From NCBI GenBank assembly GCA_001464815.1, contig LNDW01000024.1:4712-68711 (forward strand): a DNA stretch of 64,000 bases, written 5' to 3'. Below are positions 18,139 through 28,531 of the stretch, in pieces. The position numbers and the translations under genes are program-made. The notes under the pieces are model-generated. The model was not told the origin of the DNA. It did no database searches and saw only the letters and a program-made list of their open reading frames with translations. Each line of letters begins with the position of its first letter. Within the stretch, counting starts at the first letter, position 1. Origin of the DNA: Betaproteobacteria bacterium Ga0077527 (GTDB lineage Bacteria > Pseudomonadota > Gammaproteobacteria > Burkholderiales > SG8-41).

Positions 18139-18978
18139 ATGACCCACTCAAGCGCAGAAAACACACCCGGCTGGCGTAAGCAGCTGGCGTCCTTCGTCGA
18201 GGCCCCGCAGGCGCAGGCCCTTATCATCACGCTGATCCTGATCAACGCCGCAATTCTTGGCCTCGAAACCAGTCCGGCGATCATGTCACGCTGGGGCAAC
18301 CTGCTGCTCGGCCTTGATCAGCTCATTCTTGGCGTGTTCGTGATCGAACTGGCGCTGCGCATCGCGGCCCATGGCTGGCGTTTTTTTCGCGACCCCTGGG
18401 GCGTGTTTGACTTCACGGTAGTCGCCATCGCACTGCTGCCGGCAAGCGGCCCCTTCGCGGTGCTGCGCGCCCTGCGGGTGCTGCGCGTGCTGCGCCTGCT
18501 CAGCATGGTACCCAACATGCGCCGTGTGGTCGGCGGGTTGCTCTCGGCGATTCCCGGACTGGCTTCGGTGTTTGGCATCATCAGCATCATCTTCTACGTT
18601 GCGGCGGTGATCGCCACCAAGCTGTTTGGCGCAGATTTCCCGGAATGGTTCGGCACCCTCGGCGCCAGCGCCTACACCCTGTTCCAGGTGATGACGCTCG
18701 AGAGCTGGTCGATGGGCATCGTGCGTCCGGTGATGGAAGTGTTTCCGCAGGCCTGGATATTCTTCGTGCTGTTCATACTGATCTCGACCTTCACCATGCT
18801 CAACCTGTTCATCGCGGTGATTGTCAACGCGATCCAGACCGAGCACGACATCGAGATCCGCGACAAGGATGCCGCCGTCACCGCGCCGGAAGTGCAGCTG
18901 CACGACGAACTGCGCGCGATGCGCAAAGAGCTGGGTGAATTGCGCAGCCTGCTTGAACAGCAAAACCAGCGCCAGTAA
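18139..18978 (+). CDS. Voltage-gated sodium channel, bacterial NaChBac/NavAb type (single 6-TM domain)
   Basis: S4 segment LRALRVLRVLRLLS with Arg at every third position. Pore filter FQVMTLESWSM. C-terminal coiled-coil-like tail (ELRAMRKELGELRSLLEQQ). Confidence 0.85.
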   Translation: MTHSSAENTPGWRKQLASFVEAPQAQALIITLILINAAILGLETSPAIMSRWGNLLLGLDQLILGVFVIELALRIAAHGWRFFRDPWGVFDFTVVAIALLPASGPFAVLRALRVLRVLRLLSMVPNMRRVVGGLLSAIPGLASVFGIISIIFYVAAVIATKLFGADFPEWFGTLGASAYTLFQVMTLESWSMGIVRPVMEVFPQAWIFFVLFILISTFTMLNLFIAVIVNAIQTEHDIEIRDKDAAVTAPEVQLHDELRAMRKELGELRSLLEQQNQRQ

Positions 18979-19014
18979 CGCCCCGCGCCGGCAGGCCTGC
19001 GCATCCACGACCTG

Positions 19015-19044
19015 AAAAAAACAAGCCGGCACGGGGCCGGCTTG
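19015..19044 (-). terminator. Rho-independent terminator downstream of tRNA-Ala
   Basis: 9-bp stem CAAGCCGGC / GCCGGCTTG (19022-19044) with a 5-nt loop, followed on the minus strand by a T7 run (19015-19021). Confidence 0.6.
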
Positions 19045-19052
19045 AAGTGTTG

Positions 19053-19128
<76 letters not shown>

Positions 19129-19142
19129 GAAAAGAGGGGCGA

Positions 19143-19171
19143 ATTCTACCCGCTCGCCCGGCCTGCGGCAA
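19143..19171 (-). promoter_or_regulatory. Candidate sigma70 promoter for tRNA-Ala (TTGCCG-N17-TAGAAT)
   Basis: Hexamers read on the minus strand: -10 at 19148-19143 and -35 at 19171-19166. The -10 ends about 14 nt upstream of the mature 5' end. Confidence 0.35.
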
Positions 19172-19226
19172 ATCGCCACCGGGGTGCAGCCCTTTATAAT
19201 CAGCGCGTTAATACCGGAGCTTCGCC

Positions 19227-19994
19227 ATGGACATCAAGCCGCCCTACGGATACCAGGAGATCGTGCCACTGGTAAAAACGCAGAAAGTCCGCCTCAATGA
19301 AGGGCGGATGGTGCCGGCAGCGCTCCGCGGGCTGGGTGCGTTGCCGCTGTCCTTCAGTGAATTCACGCCCGCACTGCGCGATTACCCGGTGACCTTCATT
19401 TCCGGCGACCAGGGCCGCAGCTTCATCGTGATGGCGCTGTTCGGAGTCGAGCCGCGGCAGAACCTGTTTGTCGGCGCCGACGGTCAGTGGGACTCCGCCT
19501 GCTACCTGCCGGCCTATGTGCGCCGCCATCCCTTCTGCATGACCCGGGTTTCGGTGGACGGAAAGGAACAGAACGAGCGTGTCGCCTGCGTCGAGAAATC
19601 AGCGCTGGCCGCCGACGGCAGCGCGCTGTTTGATGCCCAGGGCCGGGAACTGCCGGCGTGGCAGGCGCAAAGCAAGTTGCTGTTTGAATTCGAGAACGAT
19701 CTGGCACGCACCGATGACATGACCCGCCGGCTGGCCGATCTGCAGGTGCTTGAACCGTTCACCGCGCAGGCCACCCCGACCGGCGAACAGCCGCTGACGC
19801 TGACCGGCATGTACCGGGTGTCGGAAGAAAAACTGCACGCGCTGCCGGCCGACACGCTGAAGACACTGGCACAGAACGGCGTGCTTGCACGCTGCTATCT
19901 GCACCTGCTGTCGCTTGGCAATTTCCAGCGGCTGCTCGACCGCCGCGCTGCTCTGCGCGGCAAGACTGCGGTCGATCCAAAAACACTGAACTGA
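19227..19994 (+). CDS. SapC family protein
   Basis: 255 aa with [13 protein letters not shown], which matches the SapC-family signature I recall. A perfect TATAAT lies at 19195-19200 and GGAG before the ATG. Confidence 0.75.
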   Translation: MDIKPPYGYQEIVPLVKTQKVRLNEGRMVPAALRGLGALPLSFSEFTPALRDYPVTFISGDQGRSFIVMALFGVEPRQNLFVGADGQWDSACYLPAYVRRHPFCMTRVSVDGKEQNERVACVEKSALAADGSALFDAQGRELPAWQAQSKLLFEFENDLARTDDMTRRLADLQVLEPFTAQATPTGEQPLTLTGMYRVSEEKLHALPADTLKTLAQNGVLARCYLHLLSLGNFQRLLDRRAALRGKTAVDPKTLN

Positions 19995-20000
19995 GTGCGC

Positions 20001-20786
20001 TCAGGCCGCGCGCCGCTTCAGCGACCAGGCGAGCAGCGCGGCACCGGCGATCACCATCGGCGCCGACAGCCACTGGCCCATGGTCAGGCCCAGCGCGAGA
20101 AAGCCGAGGAAACTGTCAGGCTCGCGGGTGTATTCAACAGCGAAGCGGAATACCCCGTAACCGATCAGGAACAGCGCCGAAACAGCGCCACGGGGCCGCG
20201 GCTTCGCGCTGTACCACCACAGCAGCACAAACAGCAGCAGGCCTTCGAGCACGAATTCATAGAGCTGTGAGGGATGGCGGGCCAGCCGGTCGACATTGGG
20301 GAACACCATCGCCCACGGCAGGTCGGCCGGCCGGCCCCACAACTCGGCATTGATGAAGTTGCCCATGCGCCCCGCGGCAAGGCCCAGCGGCACCAGCGGC
20401 GCGATGAAATCGGTGATGCGCAGCCAGTCCTGGCGGCGGCTGCGCGCGAACCAGATCATCGCGATCACCACGCCGAGAAAGCCGCCGTGGAAGGACATGC
20501 CGCCCTCCCAGACATAAAACACTTTCCATGGCGTCGCCGCATACTCGCCGAATTTGTAGAACAGCACATAACCGAGGCGTCCGCCGAGGATGGTGCCGAG
20601 AATGCCGAAGAACAGCGCATCGTCGAGGTCGGCACGGCTCCACACGCCGCCCGGATTGCGGTCGATGCGATAACGCCCGGCCAGCCAGATCAGCGCGAAG
20701 CCGAGCAGGTACATCAGGCCGTACCAGCGCAGGGCGAGCGGGCCGAGTTGCAGCGCCACCGGGTCAAACTGGGGATGCACGAACAT
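20001..20786 (-). CDS. lgt: Prolipoprotein diacylglyceryl transferase
   Basis: [36 protein letters not shown] and HPSQLYE motifs. Confidence 0.9.
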   Translation of the reverse strand: MFVHPQFDPVALQLGPLALRWYGLMYLLGFALIWLAGRYRIDRNPGGVWSRADLDDALFFGILGTILGGRLGYVLFYKFGEYAATPWKVFYVWEGGMSFHGGFLGVVIAMIWFARSRRQDWLRITDFIAPLVPLGLAAGRMGNFINAELWGRPADLPWAMVFPNVDRLARHPSQLYEFVLEGLLLFVLLWWYSAKPRPRGAVSALFLIGYGVFRFAVEYTREPDSFLGFLALGLTMGQWLSAPMVIAGAALLAWSLKRRAA

Positions 20787-20920
20787 GGGGGACTTGCGGA
20801 GGGATACGATAAAATGAAGGCTGGATTATACGCGGCCATTCCGTCGTCCTCGTTCTCGCCCCTGGTACTCACCGGCGGCGGAAGCCGCGCACCTCAGCCG
20901 CCGCAATCTGGAGACCTCCC

Positions 20921-22594
20921 ATGCCGTTGAACAAACGCAGTCAACTGATCACCGCGGGTGTTGCCCGCTCACCCAACCGCGCGATGCTGCGTGCCGTGGG
21001 CTTCGGTGACGGTGACTTCGACAAACCCATCGTCGGCGTCGCCAACGGCCACTCGACGATGAACCCCTGCAACGCAGGCATCCAGCCGCTGGTGGACCGC
21101 GCGATTGCCTCGCTCAAGTCGGCGGGTGCGATGCCGCAGATGTTCGGCGTGCCAACCATCACCGACGGCATCGGCATGGGCACCGAGGCGATGAAGTATT
21201 CGCTGGTATCACGAGAAGTCATCGCCGACAGCATTGAAACCGCGGTCAACGGCCAGGCCATGGACGGCGTGCTGGTCTGCGGCGGCTGCGACAAGAACAT
21301 GCCCGGCGGCATGATCGCGATCCTGCGCATGAACGTGCCGGCGATCTACGTTTACGCCGGCACCATAAAACCGGGCAAATGGAAGGGCCAGGACCTGACC
21401 ATCGTCAGCGCCTTCGAGGCGGTAGGCTCCTACGCCGCCGGCAAGATGAGCGACGAGGATTTCATCGGCATCGAGAAGAATGCCTGTCCCTCGGTCGGCG
21501 CCTGCGGCGGCATGTACACCGCCAACACCATGTCTTCCTCCTTTGAAGCGCTGGGCATGAGTGTGCTCGGATCCTCGCAGATGGCGTCGCCCGATCCGGA
21601 AAAAGCCGACTCCGCCGCTGAATCGGCTCGGGTGCTGGTTAATGCGATCAAGCAGGACATCAAGCCGCGCACCATCGTCACCCGCAAGGCGATTGAAAAC
21701 GCGGTTGCGCTGATCATGGCCACCGGCGGTTCCACCAATGCGGTGCTGCACTACCTCGCGATTGCCCACGCGGCGCAGGTGAAATGGACCATCGACGACT
21801 TCGAGCGTGTGCGCAGGAAGGTGCCGGTGCTGTGCGACCTGAAGCCCTCGGGTCGTTACGTTGCCGTTGACTTCCACCGTGCCGGCGGCGTGCCGCAAGT
21901 GCTGAAAATGCTGCTGAAACAGGGCTTGCTCCATGGCGACTGCATGACCATCACCGGCAGGACGCTGGCGCAGGAACTGAAAAACGTGCCCGACGCGCCG
22001 CGCGCCGATCAGGACGTGATCCGCCCATGGTCGAATCCGCTGTACAGGCACGGCCACCTTGCCATCCTCAAGGGCAACCTCGCACCCGAAGGCTGTGTCG
22101 CCAAAATCACCGGCCTGAAATCACCGAAGATCACCGGCCCCGCGCGCGTGTTCGACTCCGAGGCTGCGTGCATGAAGGCGATCATGGCGAAAAAAATCAA
22201 GGCCGGTGATGTCATCGTCATCCGCTACGAAGGGCCGAAGGGCGGCCCCGGCATGCAGGAAATGCTCGCGCCGACCGGCGCGCTGATCGGACAGGGCCTC
22301 GGCGAATCGGTGGGCCTGATCACCGACGGCCGCTTCTCCGGGGGCACCTGGGGCATGGTGGTCGGCCACGTTGCGCCCGAGGCTTTCGAGGGCGGTCCGA
22401 TCGCACTGGTCAACGAAGGCGACTCAATCACCATTGACGCCATCAAGCGGCTGATCCAGCTCAACGTACCCGCTTCGGTGCTCGCGGCGCGCAAAAAGAA
22501 ATGGAAGCAGCCCAAGCCGCGCTACACCCGCGGTGTGTTGGCCAAGTTCACGCGCCTGGTCTCCTCAGCCAGCAAGGGTGCAGTCACCGACTGA
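20921..22594 (+). CDS. ilvD: Dihydroxy-acid dehydratase
   Basis: 557 aa with [23 protein letters not shown] and ITDGRFSGG motifs. Confidence 0.95.
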   Translation: MPLNKRSQLITAGVARSPNRAMLRAVGFGDGDFDKPIVGVANGHSTMNPCNAGIQPLVDRAIASLKSAGAMPQMFGVPTITDGIGMGTEAMKYSLVSREVIADSIETAVNGQAMDGVLVCGGCDKNMPGGMIAILRMNVPAIYVYAGTIKPGKWKGQDLTIVSAFEAVGSYAAGKMSDEDFIGIEKNACPSVGACGGMYTANTMSSSFEALGMSVLGSSQMASPDPEKADSAAESARVLVNAIKQDIKPRTIVTRKAIENAVALIMATGGSTNAVLHYLAIAHAAQVKWTIDDFERVRRKVPVLCDLKPSGRYVAVDFHRAGGVPQVLKMLLKQGLLHGDCMTITGRTLAQELKNVPDAPRADQDVIRPWSNPLYRHGHLAILKGNLAPEGCVAKITGLKSPKITGPARVFDSEAACMKAIMAKKIKAGDVIVIRYEGPKGGPGMQEMLAPTGALIGQGLGESVGLITDGRFSGGTWGMVVGHVAPEAFEGGPIALVNEGDSITIDAIKRLIQLNVPASVLAARKKKWKQPKPRYTRGVLAKFTRLVSSASKGAVTD

Positions 22595-22595
22595 C

Positions 22596-23003
22596 ATGGC
22601 CGAAAACACCGGCGCCGCGAGTACGATCCGTATTCTCTTCGCCGAGGACAATCCGGACATCGCACGCATCGTAACGTTCTATCTTAAGAACATGCGCAAC
22701 GCAGAAATTGTCCGGTGCAAGGACGGCGGCGAGGCCATCGCCGCAATGGGCGCGCAAAAAATCGATCTTGCCGTGCTTGACGGCAACATGCCTGTGGCCG
22801 ATGGCGTGAAGGTGCTGCGCTGGATGCGCTCGCAACCCGAGCTGGTTTCGGTGCCGGTGATTTTCCTGACCGCCAATCACACGCAGTCATTCGCCGACGA
22901 ATGTATCGCCGCAGGCGCCCAGTTGGTGATGACCAAGCCCTTCAATCCCGGCCTGCTGGTGCGGCAGATACACAGCTTAATCATCCAATGCGGCACGTCT
23001 TAA
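22596..23003 (+). CDS. Single-domain response regulator (CheY-like receiver)
   Basis: ILFAEDN...LAVLDGNMPVADG...VIFLTAN. The ATG at 22596 is 1 nt after the ilvD stop. No output domain. Confidence 0.8.
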   Translation: MAENTGAASTIRILFAEDNPDIARIVTFYLKNMRNAEIVRCKDGGEAIAAMGAQKIDLAVLDGNMPVADGVKVLRWMRSQPELVSVPVIFLTANHTQSFADECIAAGAQLVMTKPFNPGLLVRQIHSLIIQCGTS

Positions 23004-23139
23004 AAAATATTAATTAAATCAAATATTTATATTATCCCGGATAATCGGTGCAAGCCCTGACACCCTGCGCCTGAGCCCTGCCTTCCGTTACAATCAATCT
23101 GTTATTCAGCTTTTCTTTTTTATCCAGCCTGGAGCCCTG

Positions 23140-23448
23140 ATGAAAACTGCCGTCATTGCCCTAACCCTGTGCAGCGTATTTGCCGCCGGTCAAGCCATCG
23201 CCAACGACAAACTTGCGCAATCCAGCGGCTGCATGACTTGCCACGCCGTGGACCGCAAGGGCATCGGCCCCAGCTACAAAGACATTGCCGCCAAATACCG
23301 TAGCGACAAGAACGCTGAAGTCCTGCTGATCAAGAAAGTCCGCTCCGGTGGTTCGGGGGTCTGGGGTCCGACACCGATGCCGCCCAACGCCCACGTCAAG
23401 GAAGAGGATGCGAAGATGTTGGTGCAGTGGATTCTCGCCACCAAGTAA
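23140..23448 (+). CDS. Periplasmic class I c-type cytochrome (c551/c552-like)
   Basis: Signal peptide, CMTCH heme-binding motif, and GVWGPTPMPPN (Met ligand region). Confidence 0.85.
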   Translation: MKTAVIALTLCSVFAAGQAIANDKLAQSSGCMTCHAVDRKGIGPSYKDIAAKYRSDKNAEVLLIKKVRSGGSGVWGPTPMPPNAHVKEEDAKMLVQWILATK

Positions 23449-23470
23449 AGCGCTGTTACCGCCTGACCCC

Positions 23471-23498
23471 AAAGCCGGCTTGCGCCGGCTTTTTGTTG
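23471..23498 (+). terminator. Rho-independent terminator after the cytochrome c gene
   Basis: AAAGCCGGC-ttgc-GCCGGCTTT hairpin followed by TTTTGTT. Confidence 0.65.
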
Positions 23499-23509
23499 CC
23501 CGCGCCAAA

Positions 23510-23538
23510 TTGACAAGCCTGCAGGGGCTTACCATAAT
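23510..23538 (+). promoter_or_regulatory. Candidate sigma70 promoter of the liv-type operon (TTGACA-N17-CATAAT)
   Basis: Consensus -35 at 23510-23515 and -10 at 23533-23538. This would give a leader of about 130 nt containing the direct repeat ACAAGTT-att-ACAAGTT. Confidence 0.5.
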
Positions 23539-23674
23539 GCTCAAAATCCTTTCAGTAACAACAAGTTATTACAAGTTGTCATGTTGATCCCGAATCATCC
23601 CTGATTCACCACAGCACCCGACCCTGACACCATCCGTTATTCCCGCGCTGATTTCATCCTGCCTGGAGCCTGAC

Positions 23675-24943
23675 ATGCACAAAGCCCTGCGCCACACATT
23701 GATCGCGACCCTTGTCACAACCCTGATCGCCGCCTGCGGTCAGGAAGCCCCGCCGCCGCCCAAAGCAGAAGCGCCGAAAGCCCCTGAAGTGATCACCGTG
23801 AAAATCGGCTCCGCCTCGCCGCTGACCGGTCCTCAGGCGCATATCGGCGTCGACATCCGCAACGGCGTGCAGCTCGCGATCGAGGATGCCAACGCAGCCA
23901 ATGTCGAGATCGGCGGCAAGAAAGTGAAGTTTGAAATGGTCGCCGAGGACGACGAAGCCAATCCGACCAAGGCCACCACGGTGGCGCAGAAACTGGTGGA
24001 CGCCAAGGTTGCCGCTGTGGTCGGCCACTTCAACTCCGGTGCGTCGATTCCGGCCTCGAAAATCTACTCGGATGCCGGCATCCCGCAAATCTCGCCGTCC
24101 TCGACCAACCCGAAGTACACCGAGCAGGGCTTCAAGACCACCTTCCGCGTCGTCGCCCATGACGGCCAGCAGGGTCCGACCCTGGCGCGCTTCGCCGCGA
24201 AAACACTGGGCGCAAAAACAGTTGCGGTGATCGATGACAGCACCGCCTACGGCCAGGGTCTGGCCGATAACTTCGAGGCCACCGCCAAATCGCTGGGCAT
24301 GAAAATCGTCGCCCGCGAGCACACCACCGACAAGGACACCGACTTCAAGGCGATCCTGACCAAGATCAAGGGCCGCAAGCCGGATCTGATCATGTTCGGC
24401 GGCATTGACCCCCAAGCCGGCCCGATGGTGAAGCAGATGAAGGACCTCGGCATCAAGGCGAAATTCATCGGCGGTGACGGCATGCAGACGCCAAATTTCA
24501 TCAAGCTCGCCGGTGATGCCGCGGCCGAGGGCGTGATGGCCTCGATCCCCGGCCTGCCCAAGGAGCAGATGCCCGGCGGCAAGGCTTTCCTTGAAAAATA
24601 CAAAACCAAGTTCAACCAGGAGGTCGAACTCTTCGCGCCGATGGGCTACGACGCGGTGATGGTGTTCATTGACGCGATGAAACGCGCCGGCTCCACCGAT
24701 CCGGCGAAATTCCTGCCCGAGATCGGCAAGACCAATTACCAGGGCGTCATCGGTCCGATCGCCTTTGATGAAAAAGGCGACCTCAAAAACGGCCCGATCA
24801 CCATCTACGTGGTCAAGGGCGGCAAATGGGAAGCCCTTGAAACGGTGAAACCCGAAGCCGCACAGGCAGCCGCGACGGCGACCGGCTCGGCACCTGCAGC
24901 CACTGCGCCGGCGGCACCTGCCGCCGAAGCCGCCAAGAAGTAA
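23675..24943 (+). CDS. Branched-chain amino acid (LivK/LivJ-type) ABC transporter substrate-binding lipoprotein
   Basis: Lipobox LIAAC. Type-1 periplasmic binding fold motifs (IGSASPLTG, VGHFNSG). Ala/Pro-rich C-terminal tail. Confidence 0.85.
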   Translation: MHKALRHTLIATLVTTLIAACGQEAPPPPKAEAPKAPEVITVKIGSASPLTGPQAHIGVDIRNGVQLAIEDANAANVEIGGKKVKFEMVAEDDEANPTKATTVAQKLVDAKVAAVVGHFNSGASIPASKIYSDAGIPQISPSSTNPKYTEQGFKTTFRVVAHDGQQGPTLARFAAKTLGAKTVAVIDDSTAYGQGLADNFEATAKSLGMKIVAREHTTDKDTDFKAILTKIKGRKPDLIMFGGIDPQAGPMVKQMKDLGIKAKFIGGDGMQTPNFIKLAGDAAAEGVMASIPGLPKEQMPGGKAFLEKYKTKFNQEVELFAPMGYDAVMVFIDAMKRAGSTDPAKFLPEIGKTNYQGVIGPIAFDEKGDLKNGPITIYVVKGGKWEALETVKPEAAQAAATATGSAPAATAPAAPAAEAAKK

Positions 24944-25021
24944 GCCGCCAAACCCCGCATCAGGCACAACGGCACCCGCAACGGGTGCCGTTGCCGTCTG
25001 TGGGGATCGCCATTCCTGGCC

Positions 25022-25945
25022 ATGGAAATTTTCACGCAACAACTGATCAACGGCCTGGTGCTGGGCAGCATCTACGCCCTGGTCGCGCTCGGCTACACCA
25101 TGGTCTACGGCATTCTCGGCCTGATCAATTTCGCCCACGGCGACATCACCATGATCGGCGCACTGGTGGCGCTGACCGTGGTCCAGGCACTGGCCGCGGC
25201 CGGGGTGCCGGCACCGCTGGTGCTGGTGCTCGCCGGTGGCTGCGCGATCCTGGTTTGCAGCCTGCTTGGCCTGTCGATTGAACGTGTCGCCTATCGTCCG
25301 CTGCGCCGCGCGCCGCGGCTGGCGCCGCTGATCACCGCGATCGGCGTGTCGATCCTGCTGCAATACAGCGCGGCGCTGATCTGGGGCAAGCAGTACATCG
25401 CGCTGCCGAAACTGATCGAGCCCGCGGCGATCAACATCGGCGGAGCACAGATGACCACTCTGCAACTCGCAATTTTTGTGCTCGCCTGCGCAATCATGGC
25501 GGTGCTGCTGTGGTTCATCAAGGCCAGCCGAATGGGCCGCGCGATGCGCGCTACCGAGCAGAATCCGGATGTCGCCGGACTGATGGGTGTCAACACCAAT
25601 GCGGTGATCGCCTTCACTTTTGTGCTCGGCTCAGCGATCGGCGCGGTGGCCGGCCTTATGGTGGTGCTCTACTACGGCATCGGTCATTACTTCATGGGCT
25701 TCATGCTCGGGCTGAAGGCCTTCACCGCAGCGGTGCTCGGCGGCATCGGTAATGTCGGCGGCGCGGTAATGGGCGGGTTGCTGCTCGGCATCATCGAAAG
25801 CATGGCCTCGGGTTATATCGGCGACCTGACCGGCGGCGTGCTCGGCAGCAACTACCGTGACATCTTCGCCTTCCTGGTGCTGGTGCTGGTGCTGGTGATC
25901 AAGCCTTCGGGACTGATGGGGCAGGCGGGGGGCGACCGCGCATGA
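25022..25945 (+). CDS. livH: Branched-chain amino acid ABC transporter permease (LivH-type)
   Basis: MEIFTQQLINGLVLGSIYALVALGYTMVYG, the typical LivH N-terminus. Confidence 0.9.
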   Translation: MEIFTQQLINGLVLGSIYALVALGYTMVYGILGLINFAHGDITMIGALVALTVVQALAAAGVPAPLVLVLAGGCAILVCSLLGLSIERVAYRPLRRAPRLAPLITAIGVSILLQYSAALIWGKQYIALPKLIEPAAINIGGAQMTTLQLAIFVLACAIMAVLLWFIKASRMGRAMRATEQNPDVAGLMGVNTNAVIAFTFVLGSAIGAVAGLMVVLYYGIGHYFMGFMLGLKAFTAAVLGGIGNVGGAVMGGLLLGIIESMASGYIGDLTGGVLGSNYRDIFAFLVLVLVLVIKPSGLMGQAGGDRA

Positions 25946-27009
25946 ACCCGGGCTGCAGGCCATGGCTGCGCTGGGCCTTGTGGGCCGCAATCGCCCTGCT
26001 GCTGCTGATACTGCCCTTCGCCACCGAAGCCCTGCTCGGCCGCAGCTGGGTACGCATCCTCGCCGTGGCGCTGCTGTTCGTGATGCTGGCGCTGGGCCTA
26101 AACATCGTGGTCGGTTTCGCCGGCCTGCTCGATCTCGGTTACATCGCGTTTTTCGCGGTCGGCGCCTACAGTTACGCACTGCTCGCCAGCCCGCAGTTCG
26201 GCATCCACTGGCCGGTGCTTGTTCTGCTGCCCCTGGGTGCCGCGCTCGCCGCGCTGTTCGGCATCCTGATCGGTGCGCCGACACTGCGCCTGCGCGGCGA
26301 CTATCTCGCCATCGTCACCCTCGGCTTCGGCGAAATCATCAGGGTGCTCCTGAACAACCTGAACCGGCCGGTGAATATCACCAACGGCCCGCAGGGCATC
26401 ACGCTGATCGACCCGGTCCAGATCGGCGGCCTGTCGCTGGCGAAGACACAGGAATTCGCCGGTCTAACTTTTTCCGCCGCCCACAATTATTACTACCTGT
26501 TCCTGCTCTTCGCGTTGCTGACGATCGTGGTCTCGCTACGCCTGCAGCATTCGCGCATCGGCCGCGCCTGGGAGGCGATCCGCGATGACGAGCTTGCTGC
26601 GGCGGCGATGGGCATCCACACCCGTAACCTGAAACTGCTTGCTTTCGCTATGGGCGCCACCTTTGGCGGTGTAGCCGGCGGGCTTTTCGCGGCGTTCCAG
26701 GGTTTTGTCAGTCCCGAGAGCTTTCATCTGATCGACTCGATCATGGTGCTGTGCATGGTGGTGCTTGGCGGCATGGGCAATGTCGCCGGCGTGGTGCTCG
26801 GCGCGGTGCTGCTCACCGCCCTGCCCGAAGCCCTGCGCTACATCGGCCCGCTGCAGCAGCGCCTGCTGGGCGAGGTGCTGATCGATCCCGCCGACCTGCG
26901 CATGCTGCTGTTCGGCCTGGCTCTGGTGCTGATGATGCTGCTGCGGCCCCAGGGCCTGTGGCCGGTGCGGCGCAAGTCGCAGACGGCGGAGACCGCCGAT
27001 GTCAGCTGA
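25942..27009 (+). CDS. livM: Branched-chain amino acid ABC transporter permease (LivM-type)
   Basis: GLLDLGYIAFFAVGAY and LRGDYLAIVTLGFGEI motifs. ATGA overlap with livH. Confidence 0.9.
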   Translation: MNPGCRPWLRWALWAAIALLLLILPFATEALLGRSWVRILAVALLFVMLALGLNIVVGFAGLLDLGYIAFFAVGAYSYALLASPQFGIHWPVLVLLPLGAALAALFGILIGAPTLRLRGDYLAIVTLGFGEIIRVLLNNLNRPVNITNGPQGITLIDPVQIGGLSLAKTQEFAGLTFSAAHNYYYLFLLFALLTIVVSLRLQHSRIGRAWEAIRDDELAAAAMGIHTRNLKLLAFAMGATFGGVAGGLFAAFQGFVSPESFHLIDSIMVLCMVVLGGMGNVAGVVLGAVLLTALPEALRYIGPLQQRLLGEVLIDPADLRMLLFGLALVLMMLLRPQGLWPVRRKSQTAETADVS

Positions 27010-27772
27010 AGTGCTGCTCGAGGCGCGGGGTGTCAGCAAGCGCTTCGGCGGCCTTGCCGCGCTGTCTTCGGTATCCTTCGCGATGCGCCGCGGTGAAATT
27101 TTCGGACTGATCGGCCCCAACGGTGCCGGCAAGACCACGCTGTTCAACGTGCTCACCGGACTGACCGCGCCGGATGCCGGCGAAATCCGCTTTGCCGGAA
27201 AACGCATAGACGGCCTGAAGCCGCATGCCATCGCCACGTGCGGCATCGCGCGCACCTTCCAGAATATCCGCCTCTTCGGCAGCATGACCGCGCTCGAGAA
27301 TGTGATGGTCGGCCGCCACCTGCGCTCGCGCACCGGCGTGCTCGGTGCGATGCTGCGCAACCGCGCCGCAAGAGACGAGGAGCGCTCGATCCGCGAGCGT
27401 GCGCGTGAACTACTGGCCTATTGCGGCCTCACGGGCAGGACCGATGCCATCGCCGGTGACCTGCCCTACGGCGACCAGCGCCGCCTCGAAATTGCCCGCG
27501 CGCTGGCCACCGAACCGCTTCTGCTCGCGCTCGACGAGCCGGCGGCCGGCATGAATGCCACCGAGACCACGGCGCTGCGCGCACTGCTTGAACGCATCCT
27601 CGGCGACGGCATCACGCTGCTGCTGATCGAGCATGACATGAAGCTGGTGATGAGCCTGTCACACCGGGTCGCGGTGCTCGACTACGGTGAAAAAATCGCC
27701 GACGGCAGGCCGGATGACGTGCGCCGCGATCCGCGGGTGATCGAAGCCTACCTCGGGGGCACTTTCGCATGA
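26999..27772 (+). CDS. livG: Branched-chain amino acid ABC transporter ATP-binding protein (LivG-type)
   Basis: Walker A GPNGAGKTT, signature region, Walker B LLLALDEPAAGM. Confidence 0.9.
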   Translation: MSAEVLLEARGVSKRFGGLAALSSVSFAMRRGEIFGLIGPNGAGKTTLFNVLTGLTAPDAGEIRFAGKRIDGLKPHAIATCGIARTFQNIRLFGSMTALENVMVGRHLRSRTGVLGAMLRNRAARDEERSIRERARELLAYCGLTGRTDAIAGDLPYGDQRRLEIARALATEPLLLALDEPAAGMNATETTALRALLERILGDGITLLLIEHDMKLVMSLSHRVAVLDYGEKIADGRPDDVRRDPRVIEAYLGGTFA

Positions 27773-28488
27773 GCCGCGGGAAGCTGCTGGAAGTGCGCGG
27801 ACTCGAGGTAGCCTATGGTGGCATCCGCGCGGTGCAGGGTGTCGATCTTGCCGTGGCCGCCGGCGAAATCGTCGCGCTGATCGGCGCCAATGGCGCCGGC
27901 AAGACCACCACGCTGAAGGCGCTCTGCGGCCTGCTGCGTCCGAAATCCGGATCACTGCATTACGAGGGCGCCGATGTCACCGGCAAACCAGCGTATCATC
28001 TCGTCCGAAAAGGACTTTCTCTGGTGCCCGAAGGCCGCGGCGTGTTTCCGCTCCTGACTGTTGCCGAGAATCTGGCCATGGGTGCCTACATCCGCAACGA
28101 CCACGACGCGATCCGGAACGATTTTGACCGGGTATACGCGCTGTTCGCTCGGCTGGCTGAACGCCGCAACCAGCTCGCCGGCACGCTGTCCGGCGGCGAG
28201 CAGCAGATGCTGGCGATCGGACGCGCGATGATGTCGCGGCCCAGGCTGCTGCTGCTTGACGAGCCGAGCATGGGATTGGCGCCGCTGATGGTGCAGAAGA
28301 TTTTCGAGACCGTGCGCGCGATTGCCGCTGAAGGGGTGACGCTGCTGCTGGTCGAGCAGAACGCCAGGCTGGCTCTTGAAACCTGCAGCCGCGGCTATGT
28401 GATGGAAAGCGGCCGGGTGGTGCTGGAGGACAGCGCAGCGGCCCTGCTGGCAAGCCCCCGGGTGCGGCAGGCGTATCTTGGTGAATGA
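27769..28488 (+). CDS. livF: Branched-chain amino acid ABC transporter ATP-binding protein (LivF-type)
   Basis: GANGAGKTT, LSGGEQQMLAIGRA, LLLLDEPSMGLAP. Confidence 0.9.
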   Translation: MSRGKLLEVRGLEVAYGGIRAVQGVDLAVAAGEIVALIGANGAGKTTTLKALCGLLRPKSGSLHYEGADVTGKPAYHLVRKGLSLVPEGRGVFPLLTVAENLAMGAYIRNDHDAIRNDFDRVYALFARLAERRNQLAGTLSGGEQQMLAIGRAMMSRPRLLLLDEPSMGLAPLMVQKIFETVRAIAAEGVTLLLVEQNARLALETCSRGYVMESGRVVLEDSAAALLASPRVRQAYLGE

Positions 28489-28531
28489 GCTGGATAAGTG
28501 AGCTGCATGAAAGAGCTTTGCGGATGCTGCA

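Noticed and set aside
20787-20920. Leader-peptide attenuator upstream of ilvD (38-codon ORF from ATG 20806).
   Set aside because: The small ORF is not enriched in Ile, Leu or Val codons. No terminator/antiterminator pair is evident.
23119-23139. Near-identical ribosome-binding contexts GCCTGGAGCC(C)TGA(C)ATG before the cytochrome c gene (23140) and the livK-like gene (23675).
   Set aside because: This is a short shared Shine-Dalgarno context (GGAG plus spacer). It is too short to distinguish from chance or from generic strong-RBS selection.
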